A stretch of 52,761 nucleotides of DNA from Bacteroidia bacterium (lineage in GTDB: Bacteria; Bacteroidota; Bacteroidia; AKYH767-A; JBBKVM01): contig JBBKWX010000157.1 in assembly GCA_037969175.1 (NCBI GenBank), positions 1 through 52,761 on the forward strand, written 5' to 3'. The position numbers were made by a program, and so were the translations under genes. A model generated the notes under the pieces. It did no database searches. It was not told the origin of the DNA and saw nothing but the letters and a program-made list of their open reading frames with translations. This document shows, piece after piece, positions 18,841 to 28,842 of this stretch; position 1 is the first letter of the stretch; each line of letters begins with the position of its first letter.

Positions 18841-20484
18841 TTAAAACGAATATGTGACGCCTCCCAGGATATTAAGTCGCTGGTCAGGATAGTTGATCCA
18901 TCTTTCGTAATTCGATGCACCCAGGTTGTTAAAATTGAGAAACAGAGATAGTATTTTACTGTATCTGTATTCCAATCCAAGATTCACATCAACATATCCA
19001 TCCAATTTTCTTTCTTTTCCTCCATCTGCAAAATCCAGCGCATATATTCCGGATGCATGAAAGATCCCAAGGCTGATATTGATCTTGTCCTCTATGCTAT
19101 AAATTCCTGCAAGACGTAACTCCAGCATGGGTTTGTGATAGGCGCGGGCATAAAGACTTGGTGAATAATTATGATAATCCAGATCCGTCTGGATGCGAAT
19201 CTTCTTTTTTATTCTAAAGGTTAATTCACCATGAATATTTAATTCATTGATATCATCATAAACGATACTGAATTTATTCAAGGGTGTTCTGCTGGTATCA
19301 CTCACATACAAATATTCATTGTTGGAATTCTTGTATTCAATATGTGTGGAATACGAGATAGCATTGCTGAATGCACCTCTGAATCCGGCTTTAAAACTCA
19401 ATTTATTATCGGTATTCAAAGCAACACTGTAAGGACTATAATATCTGTTTTCTTCCAATAATTTTCTGAATCTGTTAGGTCTTACATCTCCATCAAGTTT
19501 ACCAAAGACAACAATAAAATCTTCAACCAATTTATAATCGATATCAACAAATGGATAGAAATGAAATACGGTTGATCCGTTTCCTCCTTCAGAAACAACT
19601 TTCACTCCACCCTTCAGATTAATGTCCTTTTCGTTATAGGCAAGATAAGGCAGGATACGCACCAGGGATGACTTTCCTTCGAATTGAGTCCCTTTCATCG
19701 TTGCCAGATCCACATCGAGATCCATTCCCAATCTCAGGTCATTCAACAATTTATTTGCATCCGCCTTAAAACGAAATGCTCCTTCTTGTCTCAAATAACT
19801 ATCCTGCAATCCGTAGGCATTGACACCAAATTTATACCTGATCGCATCTTTATCTTTATTCTTACTGACCCAATTAAAATTACCATCCAGTGTATTAATG
19901 ATCTGTTCGGTGATCTTTTTTGAGATCAGGGTATCTGCTGTTTTGAAACCGTAATAATGAAATGCATCACGATTATAATTTACATCCGCATCGATACTGG
20001 AAGTATCAAAGAAACGCGTACCGAACAATTTAATTCTGTTGTCGCTGTATCCCGGAAAACCTACATCTGATATGGTTCCGGTTGATGATTTGTGATAGAT
20101 ATGTGTTCCGGCACTATAATTTTTGGAACGCAAACTGTTGATATAAACTTCTCCATACGGAGTGGTATAATTTCCGAATCCGGCTTTGATATAAGATCTG
20201 TATAACTTAACAATATTATCATCCTTGATCTTGACAGCTTTGATGATAGCAGCTTCATACTGCGTGCTGGCCTTTTCACTTTTGATCCCATAATTCATTT
20301 CAGGAACTGTATAGACTGAAGTATCTCTGCCCGGAGAATCACTGATCTTAAAAGCATCAGATAGTACAGGCTGGTATGGTTTCACAACATCTATTTGTTC
20401 TCCTTCAACTGTTCCCTGTGCATTTAGTGATGCAGGAATCAGGATAGCGCAAAATAGGATAGCACTGATCTGTATTTTTTTCAT
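18841..20484 (-). CDS. Outer-membrane beta-barrel protein (TonB-receptor-like)
   Basis: Signal peptide MKKIQISAILF...LNA-Q from ATG 20484; amphipathic strands; C-terminal GVTYSF beta-signal. Confidence 0.8.
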   Translation of the reverse strand: MKKIQISAILFCAILIPASLNAQGTVEGEQIDVVKPYQPVLSDAFKISDSPGRDTSVYTVPEMNYGIKSEKASTQYEAAIIKAVKIKDDNIVKLYRSYIKAGFGNYTTPYGEVYINSLRSKNYSAGTHIYHKSSTGTISDVGFPGYSDNRIKLFGTRFFDTSSIDADVNYNRDAFHYYGFKTADTLISKKITEQIINTLDGNFNWVSKNKDKDAIRYKFGVNAYGLQDSYLRQEGAFRFKADANKLLNDLRLGMDLDVDLATMKGTQFEGKSSLVRILPYLAYNEKDINLKGGVKVVSEGGNGSTVFHFYPFVDIDYKLVEDFIVVFGKLDGDVRPNRFRKLLEENRYYSPYSVALNTDNKLSFKAGFRGAFSNAISYSTHIEYKNSNNEYLYVSDTSRTPLNKFSIVYDDINELNIHGELTFRIKKKIRIQTDLDYHNYSPSLYARAYHKPMLELRLAGIYSIEDKINISLGIFHASGIYALDFADGGKERKLDGYVDVNLGLEYRYSKILSLFLNFNNLGASNYERWINYPDQRLNILGGVTYSF

Positions 20485-20539
20485 TTCAAACATTTTCTCT
20501 GAGAAATATGAATTTGAATTTTGTGTTTGCTTTTTCATG

Positions 20540-23500
20540 TTATTCAGTGCTCTCATTTTCTTCTTTTCCTTCTCTGTTTGTGCCACTGTTTGCCGGTGGT
20601 GAAATCTGATCCAGTTTTTGCTGAGCTATTGTTTTCAGATCTTCACCACTATAATTTTCGATGATACTCTTGTAAGTATGTATTGCCTGGAAAGTATCTG
20701 CCAGAGCCACATAATTATCACCCATCAATATAAATCCTTTAGCAATCCAGTAATCATATGCCGGAACCTGATTGATCAATTCAAACAAGCTAGCCTGTGA
20801 TTCCTTATGCAAGGTTTGCTTATGCTGAACATAGGCAATATTGTATTTTGCTTCTGCTCCCATTTCAGAATTTGCGATCTTTGCTACGGAGCGGAATTCA
20901 CGAAGTGCAGCTATCAGATCATTTGTTTCGAGCAATGATTTTGCTCCTAGTAAGCGGGCTTCCTGCAATATTTCATTAGGAACTTTCTCCATGTTAATGA
21001 GCTTGTCAACAGCATTCATCACATTCGTATATTCTCCCAATTTGTAAGTACAACGAACGATACCCAATCTGGCATCAACCAGATTGTTTCTCACCTCTGC
21101 AACTGTTTCCAACTCTGTATAATTCTTCAGTGCATTGGAATAATCTTTTCTGGAATATGTGATCCCCGCTAATTTCAACAAAGATTTTTCAGTGAAATTA
21201 TTTCTTGGTTTATTCACTACAAACTGATAACCTGTTATAGCCTGATCAAATCTTTTCTCGCGGTAATCGCATTCAGCTTTATAGAATGTTGCATTGATCG
21301 AGAAGAAACCGTTTGGATACTTACTGAGATAATCAGAAAAGCTGGTCATGGATCCGGCACAATCCCCTTTCATGTATTTATTTTCGGCTGCATGATAGGT
21401 CAATGAATCCGATGCAGCTACACTGATAGAAGCGCTGGGTATTCCTTTCACATAATCCAGATAACCCTGAGCATCTCCGTTATTTACATAGATAACTTTC
21501 ATTCCCGAAAGTGCTTCTGCTGCTTCCGAAGAATTTGGGAATTGGCTGATCACGGATTTATAAGTCTCTATTGCTTTGCTATCTTCCTTTTTATTGTACT
21601 GCACAAGTCCTTTTCCAACCAATGCTTTGCGGTAGTATGAACCACTGGGATATTCATTGATGATCTTATCGTAAGCCTGTAAGGACTTATCAAATTCTCC
21701 GATCAGTGAATATGTTCTTGCAGTTTCATAGATCGCATCATCCAGATAAGATGATTTTGGATAATTACTGATCAAGTTTTGCATCACTTTTATCTTCTCC
21801 TCAGACCGGCCTTGTACACCCAGAATAATTCCTTTTTGGTATAAAGCATAATCGGCAGCTTTTGATTTAGAATCAATAGAGTTATTGTAATAATCAACCG
21901 CATTATCATATTCCCGCATCATAAAAAATGCATCCCCAACTCGCATGTTTGCATCATCAAATCTAGCTTTATCCGTCTGTTCTTTTTTAGCAACATACTT
22001 TCTGAAAGCAGTCATGGCAGAAGCATAATCCTCCTTCTTAAAATAGCAATACCCGATATTATATTGAACAAGATTAAAAAATGGAGTTGTAATGGCTGCC
22101 GGAGCAAATACGAATTCCTGATAATTCTTTAAAGCGGCATCAAATGAATTTTGACGGTATAGAGACTCCCCTTTCCAATAGCGGGCAAGTGCTGCAAGCT
22201 TTTCATCAGATGGATTTGCAATTGCTTTATCAAAATTGGAAATTGCATTTTTCAGATCACCATCATTGAACAACTCGAGTGCTCTGTAATAAGCACATTT
22301 CTGTAATGCTGTTCTTACTCTAGGTGTTTTGGTTTTAATACTTTCTATGGCTGAAAGGGCATCTTTATAATTTTTTGTAGTTAGAAATACCTGAGCAAGT
22401 AATTCATTGATCTCATCCATCCTTCCGGAGTTTGGAAAAGACTTCATGTATTCCTGTAATGTAGAAATGGCCACAGGCTGGAAGTTCAACTCTACACTCA
22501 ACTTTGCATAATTAAATAATGCATCTTCCTGGATCGCTTTATTATGTTCCAACTTGGATGCAAACTGAAATGCATTTCTTGCACTTTGTTTATTACTCAT
22601 TTTAATGAAACAATCGGCCAGATGATAGTATGCATTTTGCGCAAGCTCATCCGTTCCATCAACTGATTTTTCAAAATTGACGATGGCTTTCGCCCAGTTA
22701 CTTGTGCGGTAATATGCATAAGCTAGTTGATAATAATCTTCGCGGGTTGGTGAGGAATTATTATCCTGATAATCCTGAAGAAAAGGAATGGACTCGGCAT
22801 ACCTGGCTGTTTTGTAATAGGATTCGCCGATCAGACGCGTAATCTCAATTCTGTCTTTAGGTCCTGCTTGAGGTAGCAGATTCGTGCCATATGAAATAAC
22901 ATCATCATATCGACCTTGAAAATAATAGATCTGAACAATATATTGAGGAACAACCGGACCAAAAGCCGGGTCGTCTTTCAGGCTCATAAAGCCTTTCAAA
23001 GCCGTTTCATAATTCTTGTTGATATAGGCTATATGGGAATAATAATACAAAGCAGGAATAGCATATTTCGAGTTACCATTTTTTACTTCCAAAAACTTTT
23101 CAGAAGCTTTTTCGAATTCGTTTCTATTATAATATGCGTAACCCAATTTGAATTTATGTTCAACAACCTCCTGTTCGGTAAGGTACCAGGCATCCACTTT
23201 CTCAAACCAATCAACTGCATTTTTCCAACTTTTCTTTTTGTAATACAATTTACCCAGTTGGAATGCAGCTTCTTTTGCTCTGGAACTTTCAGGATATTTA
23301 TTAACAAATTCCAACAATAAAAACTCGGCATCTGCATGGAAAAGTTCGAAGGCACATACAGCTCTGAGGTAGAGTGCATCTATCTTCGCTTCATGCGACT
23401 TATCCTTATCTTTTACGATAAAGGACTCGAATGCTTCTCTGGCTGCAGCATACTTTTCTTTTCTGAATAGATCCATTGCTTCTTGAAATTCAGCGGATGG

Positions 23501-23599
23501 GTCTGTATAAATATGAGTTTGCTGTGCATTGACCTCGACAATGCTTAGCAGGATCAATAAGAATACTGATGTAGCTTTAGCAAATTTGTGATATATCAT
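20540..23599 (-). CDS. Large exported tetratricopeptide-repeat protein
   Basis: Signal peptide ending NA-Q; continuous TPRs (A...LG..YY....Y..A...F, YP.S) over about 1000 aa. Confidence 0.92.
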   Translation of the reverse strand: MIYHKFAKATSVFLLILLSIVEVNAQQTHIYTDPSAEFQEAMDLFRKEKYAAAREAFESFIVKDKDKSHEAKIDALYLRAVCAFELFHADAEFLLLEFVNKYPESSRAKEAAFQLGKLYYKKKSWKNAVDWFEKVDAWYLTEQEVVEHKFKLGYAYYNRNEFEKASEKFLEVKNGNSKYAIPALYYYSHIAYINKNYETALKGFMSLKDDPAFGPVVPQYIVQIYYFQGRYDDVISYGTNLLPQAGPKDRIEITRLIGESYYKTARYAESIPFLQDYQDNNSSPTREDYYQLAYAYYRTSNWAKAIVNFEKSVDGTDELAQNAYYHLADCFIKMSNKQSARNAFQFASKLEHNKAIQEDALFNYAKLSVELNFQPVAISTLQEYMKSFPNSGRMDEINELLAQVFLTTKNYKDALSAIESIKTKTPRVRTALQKCAYYRALELFNDGDLKNAISNFDKAIANPSDEKLAALARYWKGESLYRQNSFDAALKNYQEFVFAPAAITTPFFNLVQYNIGYCYFKKEDYASAMTAFRKYVAKKEQTDKARFDDANMRVGDAFFMMREYDNAVDYYNNSIDSKSKAADYALYQKGIILGVQGRSEEKIKVMQNLISNYPKSSYLDDAIYETARTYSLIGEFDKSLQAYDKIINEYPSGSYYRKALVGKGLVQYNKKEDSKAIETYKSVISQFPNSSEAAEALSGMKVIYVNNGDAQGYLDYVKGIPSASISVAASDSLTYHAAENKYMKGDCAGSMTSFSDYLSKYPNGFFSINATFYKAECDYREKRFDQAITGYQFVVNKPRNNFTEKSLLKLAGITYSRKDYSNALKNYTELETVAEVRNNLVDARLGIVRCTYKLGEYTNVMNAVDKLINMEKVPNEILQEARLLGAKSLLETNDLIAALREFRSVAKIANSEMGAEAKYNIAYVQHKQTLHKESQASLFELINQVPAYDYWIAKGFILMGDNYVALADTFQAIHTYKSIIENYSGEDLKTIAQQKLDQISPPANSGTNREGKEENESTE

Positions 23600-23679
23600 T
23601 TCTTTTGTCGGCTTAGACTTCGTGTAATTATCAAATAGAGCGTAAAGATAGGCAAGCTAATGCCCTGAAAGGTTTATTT

Positions 23680-23736
23680 TTATCCACACAGACTTGTTGA
23701 TAAACATGCATATTCATTTCAAACAAATTGTCAACA
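23680..23736. promoter_or_regulatory. Cluster of DnaA-box-like 9-mers
   Basis: TTATCCACA (23680-88, perfect), TGTTGATAA (23695-703, 1 mismatch, inverted), TTGTCAACA (23728-36, 2 mismatches). Confidence 0.55.
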
Positions 23737-23806
23737 GGCTTGTTAGAGAATTGCAATACGAAGAATTCATCTAAAAATTGTATTTGCTGACATTCACACA
23801 TAATCC

Positions 23807-23814
23807 TACCTTTG
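23807..23814 (+). promoter_or_regulatory. -7 element for small protein-ftsE
   Basis: TACCTTTG, 17 nt upstream of ATG 23832. Confidence 0.7.
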
Positions 23815-23831
23815 CCAATAAGCATATTTAC

Positions 23832-24035
23832 ATGTATATTCTGAAAATCAAAGGAACTGCAAAGATCCCTGACTATGTGCAATTGAGAGATGATGAATTT
23901 ACATTATTGGCTTATTTCCGGGTAGATAGGCCTGAGAAAGCACTTACAAAGCTGGGCTATGCAGAAAAGGAAGCGGAGATAATTGCTTTGATCCTGGAGA
24001 TGCCCTTTGGGAAAATTAAAAAACTGGAAATCTGA
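23832..24035 (+). CDS. Small protein (67 aa) of unknown function upstream of ftsE
   Basis: MYILKIKGTAKIPDYVQLRDDEFTLLAYFRVDRP...; promoter position supports ATG 23832. Confidence 0.85.
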   Translation: MYILKIKGTAKIPDYVQLRDDEFTLLAYFRVDRPEKALTKLGYAEKEAEIIALILEMPFGKIKKLEI

Positions 24036-24049
24036 TAAATTGATTTGTT

Positions 24050-24736
24050 ATGGCACTAGATACGATCATTGAACTTACAGATGTTAATATTTATCAGAAG
24101 AAGAATCTGGTACTTTCGGGAATCAATGTAAATATTGATTCCGGTGAGTTTGTTTATCTGATCGGTAAGACCGGTAGTGGTAAGAGCTCGCTTCTGAAGA
24201 CCCTTTATGGTGATCTGCTATTGGATCAGGGTGAAGGAAAAATAGCTGAATTTGATCTCAAAAAGCTAAAATCAAAAGACATTCCTTTTTTAAGAAGAAA
24301 ACTTGGAATTGTGTTTCAGGATTTCCAGCTGCTTACGGACCGGTCTATCATGAACAACCTGATCTTTGTACTCAAGGCTACAGGTTGGAAAGACAAAGTT
24401 TTGATTCAGGCGCGTATCAAAGATGTGCTTGAAAAAGTTGGTTTGGTGACCAAAGGATTTAAGATGCCGCATGAGTTGTCGGGTGGTGAACAGCAGCGTG
24501 TTGCCATTGCCCGTGCATTATTAAATGACCCTTTAGTTATCCTTGCTGATGAACCTACCGGCAACCTTGATCCGGAAACTTCAAATGAGATCATGAATCT
24601 GCTGTTTGATATCAGCAGGAGTGGCAGAGCTGTATTGATGGCTACGCATAACTATGGCTTGATTGAAAAATTTCCTTCCCGCATTTTAAAATGTGAGAAT
24701 GGAAAAATTATCGATTCACAAATACTTGCTCAATAA
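24050..24736 (+). CDS. ftsE: Cell division ATP-binding protein FtsE-like ABC ATPase
   Basis: [46 protein letters not shown]. Confidence 0.88.
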   Translation: MALDTIIELTDVNIYQKKNLVLSGINVNIDSGEFVYLIGKTGSGKSSLLKTLYGDLLLDQGEGKIAEFDLKKLKSKDIPFLRRKLGIVFQDFQLLTDRSIMNNLIFVLKATGWKDKVLIQARIKDVLEKVGLVTKGFKMPHELSGGEQQRVAIARALLNDPLVILADEPTGNLDPETSNEIMNLLFDISRSGRAVLMATHNYGLIEKFPSRILKCENGKIIDSQILAQ

Positions 24737-25838
24737 ACCGATCCACATTGGATTTGTTTGAGTAATATTTTTTCAAAAGCTGTTCTCTTTCTTTTGCCAT
24801 CTCTTCCGTAAATGGAACATGGAATAGATCTTTTATCTTTCCTACCATTCCCTTGGCATCTGCTTCAATATGACATAAAGATTCAAGTTCAGTATGGGCA
24901 ACCATTTCCGGGTTAACCAAACAATGTCTTCCTGAAAATAAGGCTGTCACTAATTTTAGCTTGATCCCTGTAGGCTGGAAAGTCGGAAGTATATTTATAT
25001 GCGCTTCTTTGATCAGCTCCTGTACAGTTTTCATATCCATATCCGCATGCAGCGTGATATTTCGTTTCTTCGCTATCAGTGCTTTCAATTCCTTGCTGGG
25101 TTTATTCCCGGCAACAACAAAAGATATGTTTTTCAATTCGGAAAATACATTATTGACGAGGTATAATGCCGCTTCATTATTTTCACCGACAGAAAGATTT
25201 CCATGATACAAAACGAATTTACCTTTACCCGGTCGTATGGTCAATTTTTCATGCGGATGGAAGGGTGGTAAGTGAACTACATGTTCAAACTTGCTTTTAA
25301 AATGACTCACGTCAGCCGGAGATATAGCTGCAATCATTGAAGCTTTTGCAAGGCACTTTTCATAATTTTCAAGTTTGGTTGCCTCGTTATAAAAATAATA
25401 GCGTTTGAAAATATTCCCTTCCACTTTTGCCAGACCATTATAATAATCATGTTCCACATTATGTGTTCTGACAATCATAAATCTACCTTTCAGCTCAGGT
25501 GCATTCAAATAAAAACTTGAATGCAAGCCTTCCATCAATATTGGGTGATGATCCAACGAAAGTCGCTTCAGCAAAAGATCCGATGAGCGTGTAATTATAA
25601 TATAGGGCAGGCTGTTGAACAACATCGAGCGGCTTACACTCCGTGGATAATAATTGACACTTTCGCAAATTTTATTCAACTGCCTGTTGCGTTCTCTGCC
25701 ATATTCAAAGCAATGCAGATGTACTTTGATCCCGGCTCTGAATAGCGATTTGATCTTATAATATACATCGATCACACCGCCATAGGATGGAGGATATGGA
25801 ATGTCAAATGATATAACGTGGATATGTCTGCTTGCCAT
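24708..25838 (-). CDS. GT-B glycosyltransferase (GT4-like)
   Basis: PYPPSYGG, HNVEHDYY, YHGNL, PTGIKLKL. Confidence 0.85.
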   Translation of the reverse strand: MASRHIHVISFDIPYPPSYGGVIDVYYKIKSLFRAGIKVHLHCFEYGRERNRQLNKICESVNYYPRSVSRSMLFNSLPYIIITRSSDLLLKRLSLDHHPILMEGLHSSFYLNAPELKGRFMIVRTHNVEHDYYNGLAKVEGNIFKRYYFYNEATKLENYEKCLAKASMIAAISPADVSHFKSKFEHVVHLPPFHPHEKLTIRPGKGKFVLYHGNLSVGENNEAALYLVNNVFSELKNISFVVAGNKPSKELKALIAKKRNITLHADMDMKTVQELIKEAHINILPTFQPTGIKLKLVTALFSGRHCLVNPEMVAHTELESLCHIEADAKGMVGKIKDLFHVPFTEEMAKEREQLLKKYYSNKSNVDRFIEQVFVNR

Positions 25839-25858
25839 AAATGTAGAACGCAGCTAAT

Positions 25859-26980
25859 TTATGAATTTTGCTCTTTGGAAAGACCAACTATTTCCAGCAG
25901 AGTGTTTCTTTCATTCTCCCAGCACAAGGCTTCTGCCGCTTTCCGGCAATTCGCTTTGTAGACAGAATTAATCTTGTCATCCAGTAAATGTTCGATCATT
26001 TTCGCCAAAGTTTTTGGTTCATGAGTAGCAGTGATCTCTCCTACTCTATGAGTAAGAACTATATTGCTTACTTCCGGTAGATCACTTGCCAGCACAGGGA
26101 TACCTGCCTGGATATAATCAAATAATTTATTGGGTAAGCTATAGTAATAATTCAGATTTGTATTCTTATCCAGACTTAATCCCAGATCACAAACTGCTGT
26201 ACAAGCCATGAGTTTGTTGTATGGCTGTCTGTCGAAGAACATCACTTTGCCTTTGAATTCAGCTGCTTCCGCACGTTTCTTTAAGATGGGTATAACATCT
26301 CCGGAACCTGCTATCAGCAACATTGCATTATCGACATGCAGGATAGCCTCCATAGCCTCCTCCGTTCCTCGATCTATATTAATTCCTGCACCCTGAATGA
26401 TCACTATTCGTTTATCATCCGGCAAGCCCAGATCAGATCTTGAGATCTTCGAAGCTGTATATCTGAAGGGAACATTCCTTACAACTTTCACTTGCAATCC
26501 ATAGGCTTTCTCATACAATCCGGCAATCGAATCATTCACGGTATACATATCTGTAAGCTTAGGAACGATAGCACTTTCAATGCGTTTCCATATCCACTGT
26601 ACCCGAGGTCTGTTGATCAATTCAGGAACTTCAGTGAAGTATTCATGACTATCATAAAACAGTGTTGATGATCTTAACTTTGAAACCAGGTAATTTGGCA
26701 ACAGCGTATCCAGATCATTTGCCAGCAATGCATCTGATCTTTTAAAGAGCAGATAAAAGAACAGGCGGAAATTTAATTCGGCATAAAATAAAAAGCCGGA
26801 ATCAAACAACAGGTTTATGCGATGTGTTGCATAATCTCTCAATGGCATTTCGGGGCTATGCTTCCGCAACCGGCCAACTACAGTTACTGAAACACCGGCT
26901 TCATGCAATGTTTGTGCACATCGATGAACTCGCTGATCACTGTGAAGATCATTACTTACTGAAAGGATAATTTTTTTCAA
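25859..26980 (-). CDS. GT4 family glycosyltransferase
   Basis: DQRVHR, ANDLDTL, YDSHEYF, LPNKLFDYIQAGIPVLASD; TTG start. Confidence 0.9.
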   Translation of the reverse strand: MKKIILSVSNDLHSDQRVHRCAQTLHEAGVSVTVVGRLRKHSPEMPLRDYATHRINLLFDSGFLFYAELNFRLFFYLLFKRSDALLANDLDTLLPNYLVSKLRSSTLFYDSHEYFTEVPELINRPRVQWIWKRIESAIVPKLTDMYTVNDSIAGLYEKAYGLQVKVVRNVPFRYTASKISRSDLGLPDDKRIVIIQGAGINIDRGTEEAMEAILHVDNAMLLIAGSGDVIPILKKRAEAAEFKGKVMFFDRQPYNKLMACTAVCDLGLSLDKNTNLNYYYSLPNKLFDYIQAGIPVLASDLPEVSNIVLTHRVGEITATHEPKTLAKMIEHLLDDKINSVYKANCRKAAEALCWENERNTLLEIVGLSKEQNS

Positions 26981-27024
26981 GCTCGGGAATAATGTGCTAA
27001 GTTAATTATTTACCCGGCCTCTGA

Positions 27025-27156
27025 TCACATAGCGTAATACAGGATGATACCTGCAGTAAAAACGAGAATAGTGATCCCGGCTTGCATCCAGATGGGTAAT
27101 TCACCTGTGCTTAAAAATTCTGTAGACTCGCTTGTTCTGACTTGTTTTGATTCCAT
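27025..27156 (-). CDS. 43-aa single-TM small protein (below the ORF-track cutoff)
   Basis: MESKQVRTSESTEFLSTGELPIWMQAGITILVFTAGIILYYAM*; TAATTTTG -7 element at 27181-27188. Confidence 0.6.
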   Translation of the reverse strand: MESKQVRTSESTEFLSTGELPIWMQAGITILVFTAGIILYYAM

Positions 27157-27310
27157 AACTATTGTTTGATAAGGGTTTCACAAAATTACCGGATGAAGAC
27201 CCTCGTTTGCAGGACATAATTTCCAAGTTGTAAACATAATTTTCAACAATTCCCCCAATCATCATTAATTTGAATTATGCTTACTTTAGCCCATCGATTT
27301 CGTTTGAACT

Positions 27311-28765
27311 ATGAAAAAGAAACAATTTATCGAAATCCTAACTGATATAAGATTCTGGTTGGTTTTCTTTTTTATAATAAGGATGGTTGGGATAACTAAT
27401 GCTCCACTTGAGATTTCTCACAACTGGCGGCAATCCCTTACCAATATGGTTGCCCGAAATTTTTTGGAAACTGATGCTAATATCTTCTATCCCAGGATTG
27501 ATATGGCCGGTGAAAAGACAGGAATTATTGGCTCTGAATTCCCATTTTATAATTACCTAATTTATGTGGTTTCATTAATATTTGATTATTCGCATTGGTA
27601 TGGTCGGTTAATCAATTTGATAATATCTAGTATTGGACTTTTCTATTTCTATAAATTAGTCGAAAAGCTTCTCGATAAAAGAACAGCTTTCAATTCCACC
27701 ATAATACTTACAACATCTATTTGGTTTGCCTTCTCCCGCAAAATAATGCCGGACACATTCAGTATATCCTTGATGATGATTGGATTGTATTACGCATTTT
27801 CCTTTTTAAAATATGGCAATAAAATAAACTTTTCACTTTTCTTTATTTTTTGTACCCTGGGAATGCTCTGTAAAATCCCTGCCTTAGGTCTTTTTAGTGT
27901 GCTTGCAGTGGTAGTACTGATCAAGGAAATTCCTATCCAAAGGAAGATTTCAATATTTACTGGAGGTATTATTAGTTTTACTCTAGTTTGTTTATGGTAT
28001 TTTTATTGGGTTCCCTACTTGTTAAAAACCTACAATTATCAATTATATTTCCCAAAAGGATTTAAAGAAGGTATTACTGAAATCTTACCCTTAATTCCTG
28101 AACTCCTTGAAAAATTCTACTTTGCTTCTTTTCATTCCTATTTAGCTTTTGCATGTTTTGTAGCTGGAGTATTTCTACTCATTAAAAGCAAACAAAGAAT
28201 TCTTAAGTTAAGCGTTACAATTATTAGCATTGTATTTATTTTATTCATAATAAAAACCGGATCTGTTTTTCCGCTTCATAGCTATTATATTATACCATAT
28301 ACCCCCATTATGGCTTTGTTGGCCGGGTATTTTGTTATGCATATTCCCATCAATTTTCAATTCATTATTCTTGGATTGATATCAATTGAATCTATTGCAA
28401 ATCAGCAGCATCATTTTTTCATACCTGAAAATAAAAAATACAAACTTGAACTTGAAGAAATAACAAAAAAGTATATTCCAAATAACGACCTGATCATAAT
28501 TAATGGGGGCCAATCTCCTCAAAATATGTATTTTGCTCACAGAAGAGGATGGACAATTGATAATGATGGATTGACGAATGTTGACACATTAAATTCATTA
28601 ATTAATCTGGGTGCCAGATACATGATTATTGATCTAACAGATTTTGATCAAGAATTCAAGCATTTCGAATCTCTATATTCTGATAGTCATTACAATATCT
28701 ACGAATTAAAAAATACTTCACACATCCACTCAAAAACAAATAGGGAAACTCTTTCAAATCAATAA
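27311..28765 (+). CDS. ArnT/PMT-like (GT-C) integral membrane glycosyltransferase
   Basis: HNWRQS, EFPFY, GRLINL, SRKIMPD, LCKIP; many TM helices. Confidence 0.85.
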   Translation: MKKKQFIEILTDIRFWLVFFFIIRMVGITNAPLEISHNWRQSLTNMVARNFLETDANIFYPRIDMAGEKTGIIGSEFPFYNYLIYVVSLIFDYSHWYGRLINLIISSIGLFYFYKLVEKLLDKRTAFNSTIILTTSIWFAFSRKIMPDTFSISLMMIGLYYAFSFLKYGNKINFSLFFIFCTLGMLCKIPALGLFSVLAVVVLIKEIPIQRKISIFTGGIISFTLVCLWYFYWVPYLLKTYNYQLYFPKGFKEGITEILPLIPELLEKFYFASFHSYLAFACFVAGVFLLIKSKQRILKLSVTIISIVFILFIIKTGSVFPLHSYYIIPYTPIMALLAGYFVMHIPINFQFIILGLISIESIANQQHHFFIPENKKYKLELEEITKKYIPNNDLIIINGGQSPQNMYFAHRRGWTIDNDGLTNVDTLNSLINLGARYMIIDLTDFDQEFKHFESLYSDSHYNIYELKNTSHIHSKTNRETLSNQ

Positions 28766-28842
28766 GTATGAGATCATTAATACAGTATATTCGAATCAAA
28801 TATGAACTTATAACTATCGATATTTAGCGGCAAGTTGATATT

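Noticed and set aside
20485-20586. Longer start for the beta-barrel gene; likewise 39981 for amn, 40130 for HsdR_N, 23778 and 48479
   Set aside because: Downstream ATGs give proper signal peptides or family N-termini and fit the promoter positions.
23832-24035. 'Fructose-6-phosphate aldolase' label that I recall being attached to similar proteins
   Set aside because: 67 aa is far too short for a transaldolase-family TIM barrel, and there are no matching motifs.
27311-28765. AT-rich ArnT-like gene as a separate island
   Set aside because: No flanking repeats or mobility signs; low GC is partly explained by Ile/Phe-rich membrane composition.
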